Of a stretch of 64,000 nt of DNA, positions 30,795 to 41,513 are shown piece by piece. The DNA comes from Candidatus Bathyarchaeota archaeon. Its GTDB lineage: Archaea > Thermoproteota > Bathyarchaeia > Bathyarchaeales > Bathycorpusculaceae. A program made the translations under genes and the position numbers. The notes under the pieces were generated by a model. The model was not told the origin of the DNA, did no database searches, and saw nothing but the letters and a program-made list of their open reading frames with translations. The stretch spans positions 960,001-1,024,000 of the forward strand of contig CAWGYA010000008.1 in assembly GCA_963826715.1 (NCBI GenBank). Direction: 5' to 3'. Position 1 is the first letter of the stretch; every line of letters begins with the position of its first letter.

Positions 30795-33071
30795 ATGGTT
30801 CAAACTATATTAATCGACAAGGATATTGGACAGATGATTTTCCAGAATAAAATCATAGAAGCGGCTATTTTCGACATGGATGGGACCATGTTTGATACTG
30901 AAAGGCTCCGCTGTAAGATGCTAAAACAGGCTTCCAAAGAATTATATGGTCAAGAAATTTCCGATCAGCTTCTCTACGAATCTCTCGGTGTTAGCGCTGT
31001 AACCGCTGAAAAAATAGCGAAGGGTTGCTTCGGTGACGACTATCCTTATAAGAATATAAGAAAACGAGCCGATGAACTGGAAAGGAGGTTCGTGAGAGAA
31101 AACGGGGTTCCAGTGAAGGAAGGTCTTTATAACCTCCTTGAGCGACTCAAGAAAAACGAAGTACTCATCGCCCTAGCTACATCCAGCCGAAGAGAAATCG
31201 CCGAGGAATATCTGGTTAATGCAAAAACACTCAGATTCTTCGACATACTGGTTTGTGGCGAAGACGTGGAAAAAGGAAAACCTAACCCAGACATTTTCTT
31301 AAAAGCAGCAAGCGAACTCAACTGCGAACCCGCTAACTGCTTTATCTTCGAAGACTCCCAAAATGGCCTCTTGGCAGCAAGTGCATCAGGCGGGGTTCCG
31401 ATTTTCATTAAAGACCTTAAAGAACCTGATCCAAAAATTAAAGAACTTGCTTTTAGGTCATACGAAAAAATTGCGGATTTCTTAGATGAACTTATTTTGC
31501 AAATGCCAAAAATGTCTGTCCCCAGCCTAAACGAACATTTTCCACAAAGCATTGATTCTAATATTGTAGGTATACATGGCTTTGGAGCTATTGGGGGCGG
31601 TTATCTTGCACAGATTTTTTCTCATTGGGATGGCTACACACGTCCTTCCCAGATAATCGGAGCCACAAATGACCGAATTAAACGTGAGCTCATTAACGCC
31701 CTGGGGAAATATAGGGTGAAATACGAAAGTCTTGCGTACTTTCAAACGATCACCAATACAACAATCATTGATATGAACGATGAAGCTCAGATGGTCGATA
31801 TGTACCGCAAAGCTAGTATAGTGGGGATATCTCTCCCAGAACAGGCAATCAGGTCTCAATCAAAAACCATCGCCAAGGGGTTGATAGAACGCTATGACTG
31901 CGGTGGGGAACCCCTTACATTGCTGATTCTAATGAACAAAATCAATGCTTCAAAATATGTCAAAGTTCATGTGGAAACTGCCCTCAAAAAGCTGGTAAGT
32001 GAAGAAAAAGTTAAGAAAATCATTGCAAACACATTCTTTAGTGAAACTGTAGTTAACAGAATGGTTTCAAAGGTAGCTGACTATGTAATTCTGGCAAGGT
32101 TGAGGACTGAGCTCTATCGCCTTAACCGTTGCATTGTTGACTATTCAGAAAAGATGAAGGCTATCTTTGAGTTTCCACAAGTTTACTTTTCAGAAAACGG
32201 GTCAGCAAGTCAAAAACCCAAAATCGAAGCAACTTATCAAGACATTAACCTCGCCGATAACATTTCCTCGATCACCCAATTTGCAGATGCACTCTCACAA
32301 CTTAACGTAACTCTCTTTAGCAGCGAACCCGACATGCCTCTCTATGCACTCAAAAAAAGCCCTGTTCTGGAGAGGTTAAGACAAGTGGTGACCGTTGACA
32401 ACATAAAATCGATGCAGGAAATAAAGAATAAGCTCTCTAATGGACCGCACGCGATAATTGCGTGGTACTCGGCGCTTCTCGGATACAAGACCATTGGACA
32501 AGGCATGGGTGATTTACGAGTTTCAAATCTTGCTGAGGCTATAATAAAGAACGAAATCAAACCAGCGTTACTTAAGGAGAATCTTGCTTCAAAGCATTAT
32601 ATAAATTCTATCACCTTAAATTTCCTCAAACGCTGCCGCGCCTCTTTCAACGATAAATGCGTCCGAGTTGGCAGAGACCCGCTGCGAAAGCTTCAGAACG
32701 GTGAACGCATATTAGGCGCCATTCAACTTGCACAGAAACACAATTTATCAACTAAAGGTCTTGAATTTGGAGTCGCCTGCGCAATCTTGTACTCTGTATT
32801 AGCCATTAACAAAAATGATTTGGAGGCTGAAAAAATCAAGTTACTATATGAAAAACGATGCTCGGTAGAAGATGTTCTTACCTATAGCGGCGAATACAAT
32901 AAATCAAAATACAATGCTCTCGATGCAGAGAATGACCACGAATTGATTGTTAGAATCCAGAGAAGCTTTGATCATTTAAAAAAAGAGTTAACCTCTTTAA
33001 AGGAAGAATTCATTGACACGAGTTTTCCGGTAACGGTTGATGATTGTTTTCCGAAAGGAAGGTTTAAATAA
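30795..33071 (+). CDS. mtlD: Bifunctional HAD phosphatase / mannitol-1-phosphate dehydrogenase (Acinetobacter MtlD type); likely start ATG 30834
   Basis: IFDMDGT, KGKPNPDIF, FEDSQNG (HAD); GIHGFGAIGGG, ETVVNRMV, KNKLSNGPHA, RVGRDPLRKL..GERI (long-chain mannitol DH). Confidence 0.85.
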   Translation: MVQTILIDKDIGQMIFQNKIIEAAIFDMDGTMFDTERLRCKMLKQASKELYGQEISDQLLYESLGVSAVTAEKIAKGCFGDDYPYKNIRKRADELERRFVRENGVPVKEGLYNLLERLKKNEVLIALATSSRREIAEEYLVNAKTLRFFDILVCGEDVEKGKPNPDIFLKAASELNCEPANCFIFEDSQNGLLAASASGGVPIFIKDLKEPDPKIKELAFRSYEKIADFLDELILQMPKMSVPSLNEHFPQSIDSNIVGIHGFGAIGGGYLAQIFSHWDGYTRPSQIIGATNDRIKRELINALGKYRVKYESLAYFQTITNTTIIDMNDEAQMVDMYRKASIVGISLPEQAIRSQSKTIAKGLIERYDCGGEPLTLLILMNKINASKYVKVHVETALKKLVSEEKVKKIIANTFFSETVVNRMVSKVADYVILARLRTELYRLNRCIVDYSEKMKAIFEFPQVYFSENGSASQKPKIEATYQDINLADNISSITQFADALSQLNVTLFSSEPDMPLYALKKSPVLERLRQVVTVDNIKSMQEIKNKLSNGPHAIIAWYSALLGYKTIGQGMGDLRVSNLAEAIIKNEIKPALLKENLASKHYINSITLNFLKRCRASFNDKCVRVGRDPLRKLQNGERILGAIQLAQKHNLSTKGLEFGVACAILYSVLAINKNDLEAEKIKLLYEKRCSVEDVLTYSGEYNKSKYNALDAENDHELIVRIQRSFDHLKKELTSLKEEFIDTSFPVTVDDCFPKGRFK
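33063..33070 (+). promoter_or_regulatory. Putative TATA box of the rps13 operon
   Basis: TTTAAATA after a purine-rich BRE-like run, about 55 nt before the rps13 ATG; overlaps the mtlD stop codon. Confidence 0.55.
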
Positions 33072-33124
33072 ACACTACCTCATTTCGTATATGCTTCAAG
33101 CTAAAAAACGGATGAAAATTCAGC

Positions 33125-33601
33125 ATGTCACAGGAATACCGCTATATTGTTCGTATTTTGGGTACAGACGTTCAAGGTACCCTTAAGACAGCTTATGCCG
33201 TCTCACAAATTAAAGGCGTCAGCGCAAGTCTCTCCAACGCTATTCTCAAGAAGGCAGGCGTAAACCCTGACCTCCGTGTTGGTTTGATCACTGAATCAGA
33301 CGTCTCAAAAATAGAAGATGTTGTACGGGATCCCGCTAAATACAACATCCCCAGTTGGATGTTTAACCGTCGCAAAGACAGCGACACCGGAAAAGACCAA
33401 CATCTTCTAAGTTCTGAACTCATATACAAAATAAAAACCGACATTGATGGTGCCAAGGAAATTAGGTCTTGGCGAGGATACCGTCACGCTTATAACCTCA
33501 AAGTTCGTGGGCAGAGAACTAAAACCACTGGCAGAGCAGGCAAAGCTTTAGGTGTTAAAAAGAAAACCATGGGCGCAAAGCCCGGAGAAGGAGGCAAATA
33601 A
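33125..33601 (+). CDS. rps13: 30S ribosomal protein S13
   Basis: [25 protein letters not shown]...[13 protein letters not shown]. Confidence 0.97.
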   Translation: MSQEYRYIVRILGTDVQGTLKTAYAVSQIKGVSASLSNAILKKAGVNPDLRVGLITESDVSKIEDVVRDPAKYNIPSWMFNRRKDSDTGKDQHLLSSELIYKIKTDIDGAKEIRSWRGYRHAYNLKVRGQRTKTTGRAGKALGVKKKTMGAKPGEGGK

Positions 33602-33603
33602 GA

Positions 33604-34194
33604 ATGGGAGATCCAAGGAAACAACGTAAGAAATTTGATACGCCACGGTTCCGATGGCGCAAAGACATCCTCCAAGAAGAACTTAAGTTACTAGGGCAAT
33701 ACGGTTTACGTAACAAACATGAACTCTGGCGCCATAAAACCACTCTTTCAAAAGCCAGAGGCATCGCTCGCTCCTTAATCAGTAAAGACGCAGAAGAACG
33801 AGCAAAAATGGAAAATGAACTTTTGGCAACACTCAAAAAGAAAGGTATATTGCAAGATACCGCAGTCCTTGACAATGTGCTCGACTTAACTATTGAAGAC
33901 ATCTTGGAACGGAGATTGCAAACAATCGTTTTCCGCAAAGGCTTAGCCCGTACGATTTTCCAAGCACGCCAACTCACCACACATGGTCACATAACCATCG
34001 ACAACCGCCGAGTAACTATACCCGGCTACATAGTTCCTAAAGGGGAAGAACCAAAAATTGTTTATTCACCAGAAAGTGCAGTTGCAAAACAAGAGCACCC
34101 CTTGCGACTCGGATTAAGTGTTGTGGCTAAACCGCCAGAGGTTAGGCAACAACCACGAGGTCGTAGAGGTGGACGTGGAGGCGGCAGATTTTGA
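33604..34194 (+). CDS. rps4: 30S ribosomal protein S4
   Basis: [32 protein letters not shown]...HGHI. Confidence 0.97.
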   Translation: MGDPRKQRKKFDTPRFRWRKDILQEELKLLGQYGLRNKHELWRHKTTLSKARGIARSLISKDAEERAKMENELLATLKKKGILQDTAVLDNVLDLTIEDILERRLQTIVFRKGLARTIFQARQLTTHGHITIDNRRVTIPGYIVPKGEEPKIVYSPESAVAKQEHPLRLGLSVVAKPPEVRQQPRGRRGGRGGGRF

Positions 34195-34595
34195 GCGCTA
34201 ACAGCAAAAGAAACGACAAATGGGGAATCGTCCACATCTTTAGTTCATACAATAACACTCTAATTCACATTACTGACATATCCGGCGCAGAAACAATAGC
34301 CCGAACCACAGGCGGAATGTTCGTCAAAGCTGACCGCATGGAATCCTCTCCATACGCAGCAATGCGTGCAGCAACAGGCGCAGCAGAAATCGCACGTGAC
34401 AAAGGCGTCACCGCAATTCATATCAAAGTTCGAGCTCCAGGTGGATCTGGACCAAGAACTCCTGGACCCGGTGCACAAGCAGCGATCAGGGCTTTTGCAC
34501 GATTCGGTTTTCGAATTGAACGCATCGAAGAAGTCACACCAATCCCCCACGACGGAACAAGACGACCTGGTGGCCGAAGAGGAAGAAGAGTCTAA
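34191..34595 (+). CDS. rps11: 30S ribosomal protein S11
   Basis: [42 protein letters not shown]. Confidence 0.97.
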   Translation: MSANSKRNDKWGIVHIFSSYNNTLIHITDISGAETIARTTGGMFVKADRMESSPYAAMRAATGAAEIARDKGVTAIHIKVRAPGGSGPRTPGPGAQAAIRAFARFGFRIERIEEVTPIPHDGTRRPGGRRGRRV

Positions 34596-34699
34596 TCTCT
34601 CTTTATCCCACTATTTAAAGGGAAAAATACAAATAATGCACCGAAATATCCTATTGCCCGCAAACCCATTATGGGAATCTTATTGGAGGATTTGAGCAA

Positions 34700-35515
34700 G
34701 TGAAAATTGAAATATTGGAAAAAAATGACACTAACCTTCGCGTTATAGTTCGTGACGCGGATGTACCATTAATGAATGCTTTGCGTCGGTTAGCACTTGC
34801 TGAAGTTCCTTGTATGGCAATCGAAGAGGTTGTCATGATTGAGAACAGTTCAATTCTCCAAGACGAAATTATTGCACATCGTCTAGGACTTACACCACTG
34901 CGAACGGATTTGGACTCTTACAATTCGCCTGAGGACTGTGAATGCCAAAGCGAATTTGGTTGCTCACAGTGCCGTGTCACACTAACACTTGATGCAGAAG
35001 CTAAAGATGGTACAAGAACAGTTTACTCAGGCGAGATTGTCTCAGAAAACCCTGAAATTCTTCCTGTATCCGATACGATTCCAATTATCAAGCTGGCAAA
35101 AAACCAGAAACTAAAACTTGAAGCTTATGCAAGACTCGGTAGAGGTAAAACTCACGCCAAATGGCAACCGGTTTCTATGTGTGCGTACAAATATTATCCT
35201 CAAATCACGACTCCGACAGAGAAGTGTGAGGGTTGCTCAAAATGCGTTGATGTTTGTCCCAAGAAAGTTTTTGCTTTTAAGAATGAAAAAGTTTCTGTCC
35301 GTGACCTCTTAGCTTGCAACCTTTGCATGGATTGCGTTGAAGCTTGTCCTCAAAAGCCTTCGCCGTTAAAGGTGGAGTGGGAAAAGAACGCATTTGTCAT
35401 GAACATTGAGTCTACGGGTTCGCTTCCCCCAGAACGTGTGCTTAAAGAAGCAACGAAATTGTTAGGTAAACAACTAGATGAATTTGAAGAACTAATCAAG
35501 GCTGAACAACAATGA
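34700..35515 (+). CDS. rpoD: RNA polymerase subunit Rpo3 (D) with ferredoxin-like insert
   Basis: NALRR...EVP.MAI, DEIIAHRLGL.P, HAKWQP; two CxxCxxCxxxCP motifs. Confidence 0.96.
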   Translation: MKIEILEKNDTNLRVIVRDADVPLMNALRRLALAEVPCMAIEEVVMIENSSILQDEIIAHRLGLTPLRTDLDSYNSPEDCECQSEFGCSQCRVTLTLDAEAKDGTRTVYSGEIVSENPEILPVSDTIPIIKLAKNQKLKLEAYARLGRGKTHAKWQPVSMCAYKYYPQITTPTEKCEGCSKCVDVCPKKVFAFKNEKVSVRDLLACNLCMDCVEACPQKPSPLKVEWEKNAFVMNIESTGSLPPERVLKEATKLLGKQLDEFEELIKAEQQ

Positions 35516-35874
35516 GAGAAACCAAAACCACTAATCCTCAACTAATCGAACTTATCCGTTTTCTACGGAAAACAAGCCGAGAACAGGATGCCCCCATCTG
35601 GCTGGATGTTGCTGACTACCTGGCTAAAACTCGTAGACAACGTATCTCTGTTAATTTAGGTAACATCAATCGGCATACAGAAAACGCTGACGTTATTGTC
35701 GTTCCAGGAAAAATATTGGCTTCAGGTACACTGGATCATGGGTTGACAGTTGCTGCATTTGAAGCGTCTAATGCAGCAAAAGTCAAGCTTGAAGCTGCTA
35801 AAGCAAAATATGTTCCAATTAAAGAACTAGTCGGTAAGAACCCTAAGGGCTCAAACATTAAAATCATCCGGTGA
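35512..35874 (+). CDS. rpl18e: 50S ribosomal protein L18e
   Basis: TNPQL..LI, APIW..VA, VVPGKIL, NPKG. Confidence 0.95.
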   Translation: MRETKTTNPQLIELIRFLRKTSREQDAPIWLDVADYLAKTRRQRISVNLGNINRHTENADVIVVPGKILASGTLDHGLTVAAFEASNAAKVKLEAAKAKYVPIKELVGKNPKGSNIKIIR

Positions 35875-35881
35875 AAACAAA

Positions 35882-36346
35882 ATGTCACAAACTATAACTA
35901 AACCCACAAAATCGCCAAAAGTTATCTTGGTGAATGCAGAGGGCTTAATCGTTGGTCGAATGGGCAGCAAAGTTGCTAAAATGCTGCTTAATGGCGAGGA
36001 AATCATAATACTTAATGCTGAAAAAGCTGTTTTCTCAGGAAAACGCAAAAGCAAAATTGCGGAAGCTCATCTTTTCCTTGAAGTCGGCGCTCCTGAGCGT
36101 GGACCTTTTCATTATCGCAGACCTGACCGTTTCCTACGCAAAACTGTCCGTGGCATGCTCCCCTACAAGCAACCGAGAGGCAAAAGTGCTTACAAACGCC
36201 TAAAGGCTTACATGGGTGTACCTATGGAATTCAAGGAGAAAGAAATGATAACATTCACTGAAGCTTCAGCTACCAACCTTAAGGGTCCCCGTATTACTCT
36301 TGGAGAATTGGCCTCTGAAATCGGCTGGAGAAACAGGATGGAATAA
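35882..36346 (+). CDS. rpl13: 50S ribosomal protein L13
   Basis: NAEG.IVGR..S.VAK, NAEKAV.SG, VRGMLPYK. Confidence 0.96.
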   Translation: MSQTITKPTKSPKVILVNAEGLIVGRMGSKVAKMLLNGEEIIILNAEKAVFSGKRKSKIAEAHLFLEVGAPERGPFHYRRPDRFLRKTVRGMLPYKQPRGKSAYKRLKAYMGVPMEFKEKEMITFTEASATNLKGPRITLGELASEIGWRNRME

Positions 36347-36348
36347 TC

Positions 36349-36759
36349 ATGCCCGCAAAAAAAGTACTTGTAGTTAGTGGAAAACGAAAAACCGCCGTAG
36401 CCCGCGCCATAATTAAGCAAGGAATCGGTAAAGTCCGCATAAACCTTACACCAGTAGAAATTTACGAACCTGATATTGCCAAAGCAAAAATAATGGAACC
36501 CCTATTGCAAGCTGGTGGAGACGTCTGGCAACAAGTCGACATGGACGTTAAAACCAGAGGCGGCGGCTATATGGGGCAAGCAGAAGCAGCTCGTATGGCA
36601 ATTGCCAATGGACTTCTCAAATGGACCAAGAGCACTCATTTACGCACAGTTTTCAATGAATACGACCGCACCATGGTTGCAGGCGACAGCCGAGCTAAAG
36701 AAACCAAGAAAGTTGGCGGCGCAGGCGCACGTTCCAAGGAACAGAAAAGTTACAGATAA
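36349..36759 (+). CDS. rps9: 30S ribosomal protein S9
   Basis: [21 protein letters not shown]-terminal QKSYR. Confidence 0.97.
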   Translation: MPAKKVLVVSGKRKTAVARAIIKQGIGKVRINLTPVEIYEPDIAKAKIMEPLLQAGGDVWQQVDMDVKTRGGGYMGQAEAARMAIANGLLKWTKSTHLRTVFNEYDRTMVAGDSRAKETKKVGGAGARSKEQKSYR

Positions 36760-36772
36760 GGAGATAGAAAAA

Positions 36773-37003
36773 GTGATAATTCCCGTAAGATGTTTCACCT
36801 GCGGCAAGTTGGTTGGAGACAGATGGGACGAATTCACACGACGCATAAAAACCGGCGAAAACGCCAGCGACGTCCTCGACAGCTTAGGTCTCAAACGGTA
36901 CTGCTGCAGACGCATGCTACTCTCAAACGTAGAAATTATTGACGAAGTTCTGCGCTTCTACGAAGAAGCAGAGAAACGCAAAGAAGCCCGCAACCTATAC
37001 TAA
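36773..37003 (+). CDS. rpoN: RNA polymerase subunit Rpo10 (N)
   Basis: GTG at 36773; [24 protein letters not shown]. Confidence 0.96.
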   Translation: MIIPVRCFTCGKLVGDRWDEFTRRIKTGENASDVLDSLGLKRYCCRRMLLSNVEIIDEVLRFYEEAEKRKEARNLY

Positions 37004-37227
37004 ACCTTTTTTCACCAACCACCATTTTCTCTAAATTGCTTTTTTATTTTAAAACAGAACTTATAACGTGTTAGCTGCAAAGTTCATCTGCCAACCAAGA
37101 ACTAAAGTCAAATTTCAACCTAAACAAACCCAACAACCACTCAAAGTAGCCTTAAAGTTTATATTTGCGTTTGATTTTTGGGTATTTCCGAATTAAAGAA
37201 GATTCTACTAAAGTAGGGATAACAAAT

Positions 37228-38871
37228 ATGGCGTATTTGACAACAACAGGTTCAGGACAACCAGTCCTCATCCTCAAAGAAGGAACAACCCGAAGCAGAG
37301 GCAAAGAAGCCCAAAGAAATAACATTATGGCAGCCAGAGTTATCGGCGAAGTTCTCAAAACCACCCTTGGACCACGCGGTATGGACAAAATGCTCATTGA
37401 CAGCTTAGGCGACATCACAATAACCAATGATGGCGCAGCAATCCTCAAAGAAATTGACGTTGAGCATCCTGCAGCAAAAATGATGGTTGAAATCGCCAAA
37501 ACCCAAGATGATATGGTCGGCGACGGAACCACTAGTGCCGTTGTAATAGCAAGCGAGCTTCTCCGCAAAGCCGAAGAACTTCTCGACCAAAATATTCATC
37601 CAACCATCCTTGTTAGCGGCTTCCGAAAAGCTTCTCAGAAAGCCATCGAGGTCATCAACAAAACTTCCGTGCCCCTTGACATCAACGACAAAAAACTGCT
37701 TTTAAAAGTTGCCTTGACTAGCATGAGCAGCAAAGCTGTTGGTTCAGCGAAAGAACACCTTGCCGAAATTAGCATCGAAGCCGTTAAGCAGATTGCTGAG
37801 CAGCGAGGCGAAAAAACGATTGCTGATATAGATAACATCCAACTTATCAAGAAAACAGGCAAAAGCCTCCTTGAAACCGAACTTATCAGAGGAATTATAA
37901 TCGACAAAGAAGTCGTCAACCCCGGCATGCCAAAGATGAAGGAAAACGCCAAAATCGCGCTTCTTGACTCAGCCCTAGAAATCGAGAAAACCGAAATCTC
38001 AGCCGAAATCCGAATCAAAGATCCATCACAAATGAAGGCTTTCTTAGATCAAGAAACTACCATGATGCAAGACATGGTCACTAAAGTCAAAGCTTCTGGC
38101 GCAAACGTGATTTTCTGCCAAAAAGGAATCGACGACATGGTTCAGCATTTCCTTTCAAAAGCAGGTATCATCGCAGCACGTAGAGTCAAGGAATCCGATA
38201 TGGAAAAACTCGCACGCGCAACAGGCGGCAGAATTGTCAGCGACCTAGACGACCTCAAAAAAGCAGACCTTGGTAGCGCGGGTCTAGTAGAAGAACGCAA
38301 AATCGGTGACGATAAATTGATCTTCGTCGAAAAATGCAAAGACCCTCATAGCGTAGCAATCCTCATCCGCGCAGGACTCGAACGCATGGTAGATGAAGCT
38401 GAACGCGCAATGATAGACTCTCTCTCAGTCGTATCAGACGTCATCGAAAACAACAAAATCGTTCCAGGTGGCGGCGCGATCGAAATCGAAATCTCAAAAG
38501 AACTCCGCAAATATGCAACCAAAGTTGGTGGCAGAGAACAACTAGCCGTTGAAGCATTTGCGAACGCAGTAGAAGTCATCCCACGCACCCTCGCCGAAAA
38601 CGCAGGCTTAGAGCCAATCGACATCCTAGTTGAACTGAGGAGCGCCCACGATAAAGAAAACGGCAAATTTATGGGAATCAACATATTCTCAGGCAAACTC
38701 CAAGATAGCATCGCAAACGGCGTAATCGAACCAATCATGGTTAAAGAACAAGCCATCAAATCTGCATCTGAATCAGCCGCAATGATACTGCGCATTGACG
38801 ACGTAATTACTGCTAAAGCGCCAAAAGGCGGTCCGGGCGGCGGAATGCCGGGTGGAATGGGCGAAGAATAA
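37228..38871 (+). CDS. Thermosome (group II chaperonin) subunit
   Basis: [36 protein letters not shown] tail; ATG at 37228. Confidence 0.97.
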   Translation: MAYLTTTGSGQPVLILKEGTTRSRGKEAQRNNIMAARVIGEVLKTTLGPRGMDKMLIDSLGDITITNDGAAILKEIDVEHPAAKMMVEIAKTQDDMVGDGTTSAVVIASELLRKAEELLDQNIHPTILVSGFRKASQKAIEVINKTSVPLDINDKKLLLKVALTSMSSKAVGSAKEHLAEISIEAVKQIAEQRGEKTIADIDNIQLIKKTGKSLLETELIRGIIIDKEVVNPGMPKMKENAKIALLDSALEIEKTEISAEIRIKDPSQMKAFLDQETTMMQDMVTKVKASGANVIFCQKGIDDMVQHFLSKAGIIAARRVKESDMEKLARATGGRIVSDLDDLKKADLGSAGLVEERKIGDDKLIFVEKCKDPHSVAILIRAGLERMVDEAERAMIDSLSVVSDVIENNKIVPGGGAIEIEISKELRKYATKVGGREQLAVEAFANAVEVIPRTLAENAGLEPIDILVELRSAHDKENGKFMGINIFSGKLQDSIANGVIEPIMVKEQAIKSASESAAMILRIDDVITAKAPKGGPGGGMPGGMGEE

Positions 38872-39292
38872 ACTTCCCCAAATTATTTTTCCTTTATTTT
38901 AAAAACAAGTGATACGTCAATTTTGATTTTTTATAAACTTAGCTCACATCTATTTTGTCAGAGCTTCAATTTAATTTAAATGTCGACGTTAAAACCAAAC
39001 AAGTTTTCAAATTACTCAAGGTGCCGCTCGAGATAACAGTTATGCCAGCAATACCCTCTTGGTGACTCATGGCATTACTGAAGTTCAGGGTTAATTGTTA
39101 GATTTGGAAGGTTATTGTTTTAAGTTCTTGCTCAATATCCACCTAATGATACCTTCATCAAGTAGTATCCTGTGGCTTATCAATCAAGCCTAATCCACAA
39201 ATTCCCCCCTCTTTTATCGATTAAGGGTGTATTTCCGCTAAAAATGGTTTTATACTCATATTCTGTTGCGATTTAGATTAGGTATTGCCTCT

Positions 39293-40266
39293 GTGTCACT
39301 GATCGAGTCAGTAGCTATAGTGCTTGGGTTATTAGTGTTCGAAGTAGTAAACAGCTTAGACAACGCCATTGTAAACGCCAGTGTTCTAAAAACCATGGGT
39401 ATACTTTGGCGCAATCGGTTCCTATTTATAGGCATCCTAACATCGGTTTTTCTCGTCAGATTTGTTTTGCCACTGATTATAGTTTGGATTTCGGTTCCCT
39501 CCATAAGCGGCGCAGACCTTTTCCTTGCGTTTCTAGGAAAAAGTGACGTAGCGGCAAACGCCATAGAAATGCAAAAGCCCATCATCCTCATGTTCGGAGG
39601 GGTGTTCTTATTGTTTCTCTATTTCCACTGGCTTTTTCTTGAGCGGAAGGAGCCTTTATTCATCGAACGCTATCTTAAACAAAAGCATGGTGTCTGGTTC
39701 TTCGCTTTCGCAGCAATAATCTTGGTTATCGTTATGTACTTGGCTCGAGCAAACTCAACGATGATGCTTTCCGCCGCCATAGGCAGCGCCACCTTCTTCA
39801 TACTCTTTGGGTTAAACAGACAGCAGAGGAAAACGAACGAAATCTCGTCGAAGGAACTAGCCGAATGGGAGACTTCTCAAAATTCGTTTACCTCGAAGTC
39901 TTGGACATGACGTTTAGCTTCGATGGGGTGATTGGCGCTTTCGCCTTCACAATAAATTTAATTTTGATTTTAATCGGAATCGGAATTGGCGCTATCGTGG
40001 TCCGGGAGTTAACTATCAAAGGCATCGACACCATTGCCAAATACAAGTATCTCAAAAATGGTGCCTTAACCTCAATCGGCTTTCTTGGGCTTTTTATGAT
40101 CGTAGAAGCATTTAACGTCGAATTGCCCTCTATTTTGCCGATAGTCATCACATTCGCTTTAATTGGACTTGCGTTCTATATGTCCCGCCGGGCATTAGCC
40201 AAAAACAGATCCTGCCAACTAAACAAACCACCCCCGCTATTTTCGCCGTCAAACTCGTCGAAATGA
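39293..40266 (+). pseudogene. DUF475/TerC-family membrane protein split by a -1 frameshift at about 39815
   Basis: FEVVNSLDNAIVNA in ORF1; LEVLDMTFSFDGVIGAFA and YLKNGA in ORF2; one extra A in TTAAAC would join the frames. Confidence 0.75.
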
Positions 40267-40316
40267 GAGTAAGGTAAATTAATACAGGTGAAATGTTTAT
40301 GTACGCCAAACAGTGC

Positions 40317-40394
40317 GCTCCGGTAGTATAGTCCGGTCAAGTATAGCGGCCTCTCGAGTCGCGGACCCGGGTCCGAATCCCGGCCGGAGCACCA
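40317..40394 (+). tRNA. tRNA-Glu(CUC), intronless, CCA encoded
   Basis: acceptor GCTCCGG/CCGGAGC, anticodon stem GCGGC/GTCGC with loop CT-CTC-GA, T stem CCGGG/CCCGG, ends ACCA. Confidence 0.95.
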
Positions 40395-40409
40395 ATTAAT
40401 TCTTAAAAC

Positions 40410-41513
40410 CTATTTGTAAGTCAGTGTTGAGCAGAGTTCCTCCACGGTACGGTTAAGTGTGAGTTCTGCCATGTTCCGACCATAATCCATAATTCTCCTT
40501 GAACTATCAAAAATCAAACGCAAAATGGATGTCAAATTCGGATCCATTTTCTTGCTAGAAATTAACATAATCAATGCGTTCTCAAGTGGCACGATTGCTT
40601 CTCGCTTCGAAATCAGTTTCTCCGCATCCTTGTAGTCTCTCTTGAAAACTGCTTTGATCGCATCTTCATATAGCTGCTGTGCTTGTGCACAGAACTCAGT
40701 GAGTTGCCCATAGACTTCTTCGTCGATCGGGTCCTTGATGAAGAGGGTTTCTTCGTTGATTAATTTCTGAAAGGCACTGATGTTATTTATTATGTTAAGT
40801 GCATTTTCGCCAATATTTTCAACGTCGTTAACTGCAATGCGATAAAGTAAAAACTCTTTTGGGGTGCGAAAACCGAGTTCGCGGTAGAGGTTGCGCTCGA
40901 TGCCGTATTTTAGTTGGCGAACTATATAGAGTCCCAAACGGTTCACATCGTTGCGGGCATGGATGACACTTTCATAAAGTGTGGTGTTATGGTCGTTCAA
41001 GTAGGCGATAGCGTCACGATTTGCAACGAGCGCCACAATGGCCATGCGTCTGATTGCTTTCTCTATTCCGAATTCTGAATGTCTGATCAAGATTTGTAAA
41101 GTTATTTCATCCGGCGTTTCGTCAATGATTTCTGCACCTAGAAACGTATCTCGAACAAAGTTTTTAGTTTCGATTTTGTATTTTGGGGCGTCTATGAGGT
41201 TTTTGAAGTGGATATGGATTATATCAGCGCCTATAGCGTATAGTGCTCTTATCATGCGGAGTGCCGACTCAGGGGCTCCTTTTGGGTCTACGTTTATGAA
41301 GTATTCTTTGGGCTTAGATGCCTCTTCTCTGCCCTCTTTCTCCATAATTTTTCTTGGCACCAAAGAGAGAGTTTTGTCCGGTTGGATGTTAAACGCGATT
41401 TCACTGCCACGTTTCAAACCTAAATCTTCTACCCACTCTTTGGGGAGGGATATGATGAAGGAGCCTCTGCCTGTACATTGGACTCGTCGGTATCCAAGGT
41501 CTTTTACCGCCAA
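40410..41513 (-). CDS. AbrB-PhoU family phosphate uptake regulator
   Basis: RRVQ.TG.GSFIISLPKEWV AbrB domain followed by PhoU-like helical repeats; likely TTG start 41513. Confidence 0.85.
   Translation of the reverse strand: MAVKDLGYRRVQCTGRGSFIISLPKEWVEDLGLKRGSEIAFNIQPDKTLSLVPRKIMEKEGREEASKPKEYFINVDPKGAPESALRMIRALYAIGADIIHIHFKNLIDAPKYKIETKNFVRDTFLGAEIIDETPDEITLQILIRHSEFGIEKAIRRMAIVALVANRDAIAYLNDHNTTLYESVIHARNDVNRLGLYIVRQLKYGIERNLYRELGFRTPKEFLLYRIAVNDVENIGENALNIINNISAFQKLINEETLFIKDPIDEEVYGQLTEFCAQAQQLYEDAIKAVFKRDYKDAEKLISKREAIVPLENALIMLISSKKMDPNLTSILRLIFDSSRRIMDYGRNMAELTLNRTVEELCSTLTYK

Noticed and set aside
39037-39200. yybP-ykoY or TPP riboswitch upstream of the TerC-like gene (stem CAGTTATGCCA/TGGCATTACTG)
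   Set aside because: Consensus cores not found, and the stem lies well upstream of the probable promoter; may be chance or decayed coding DNA.
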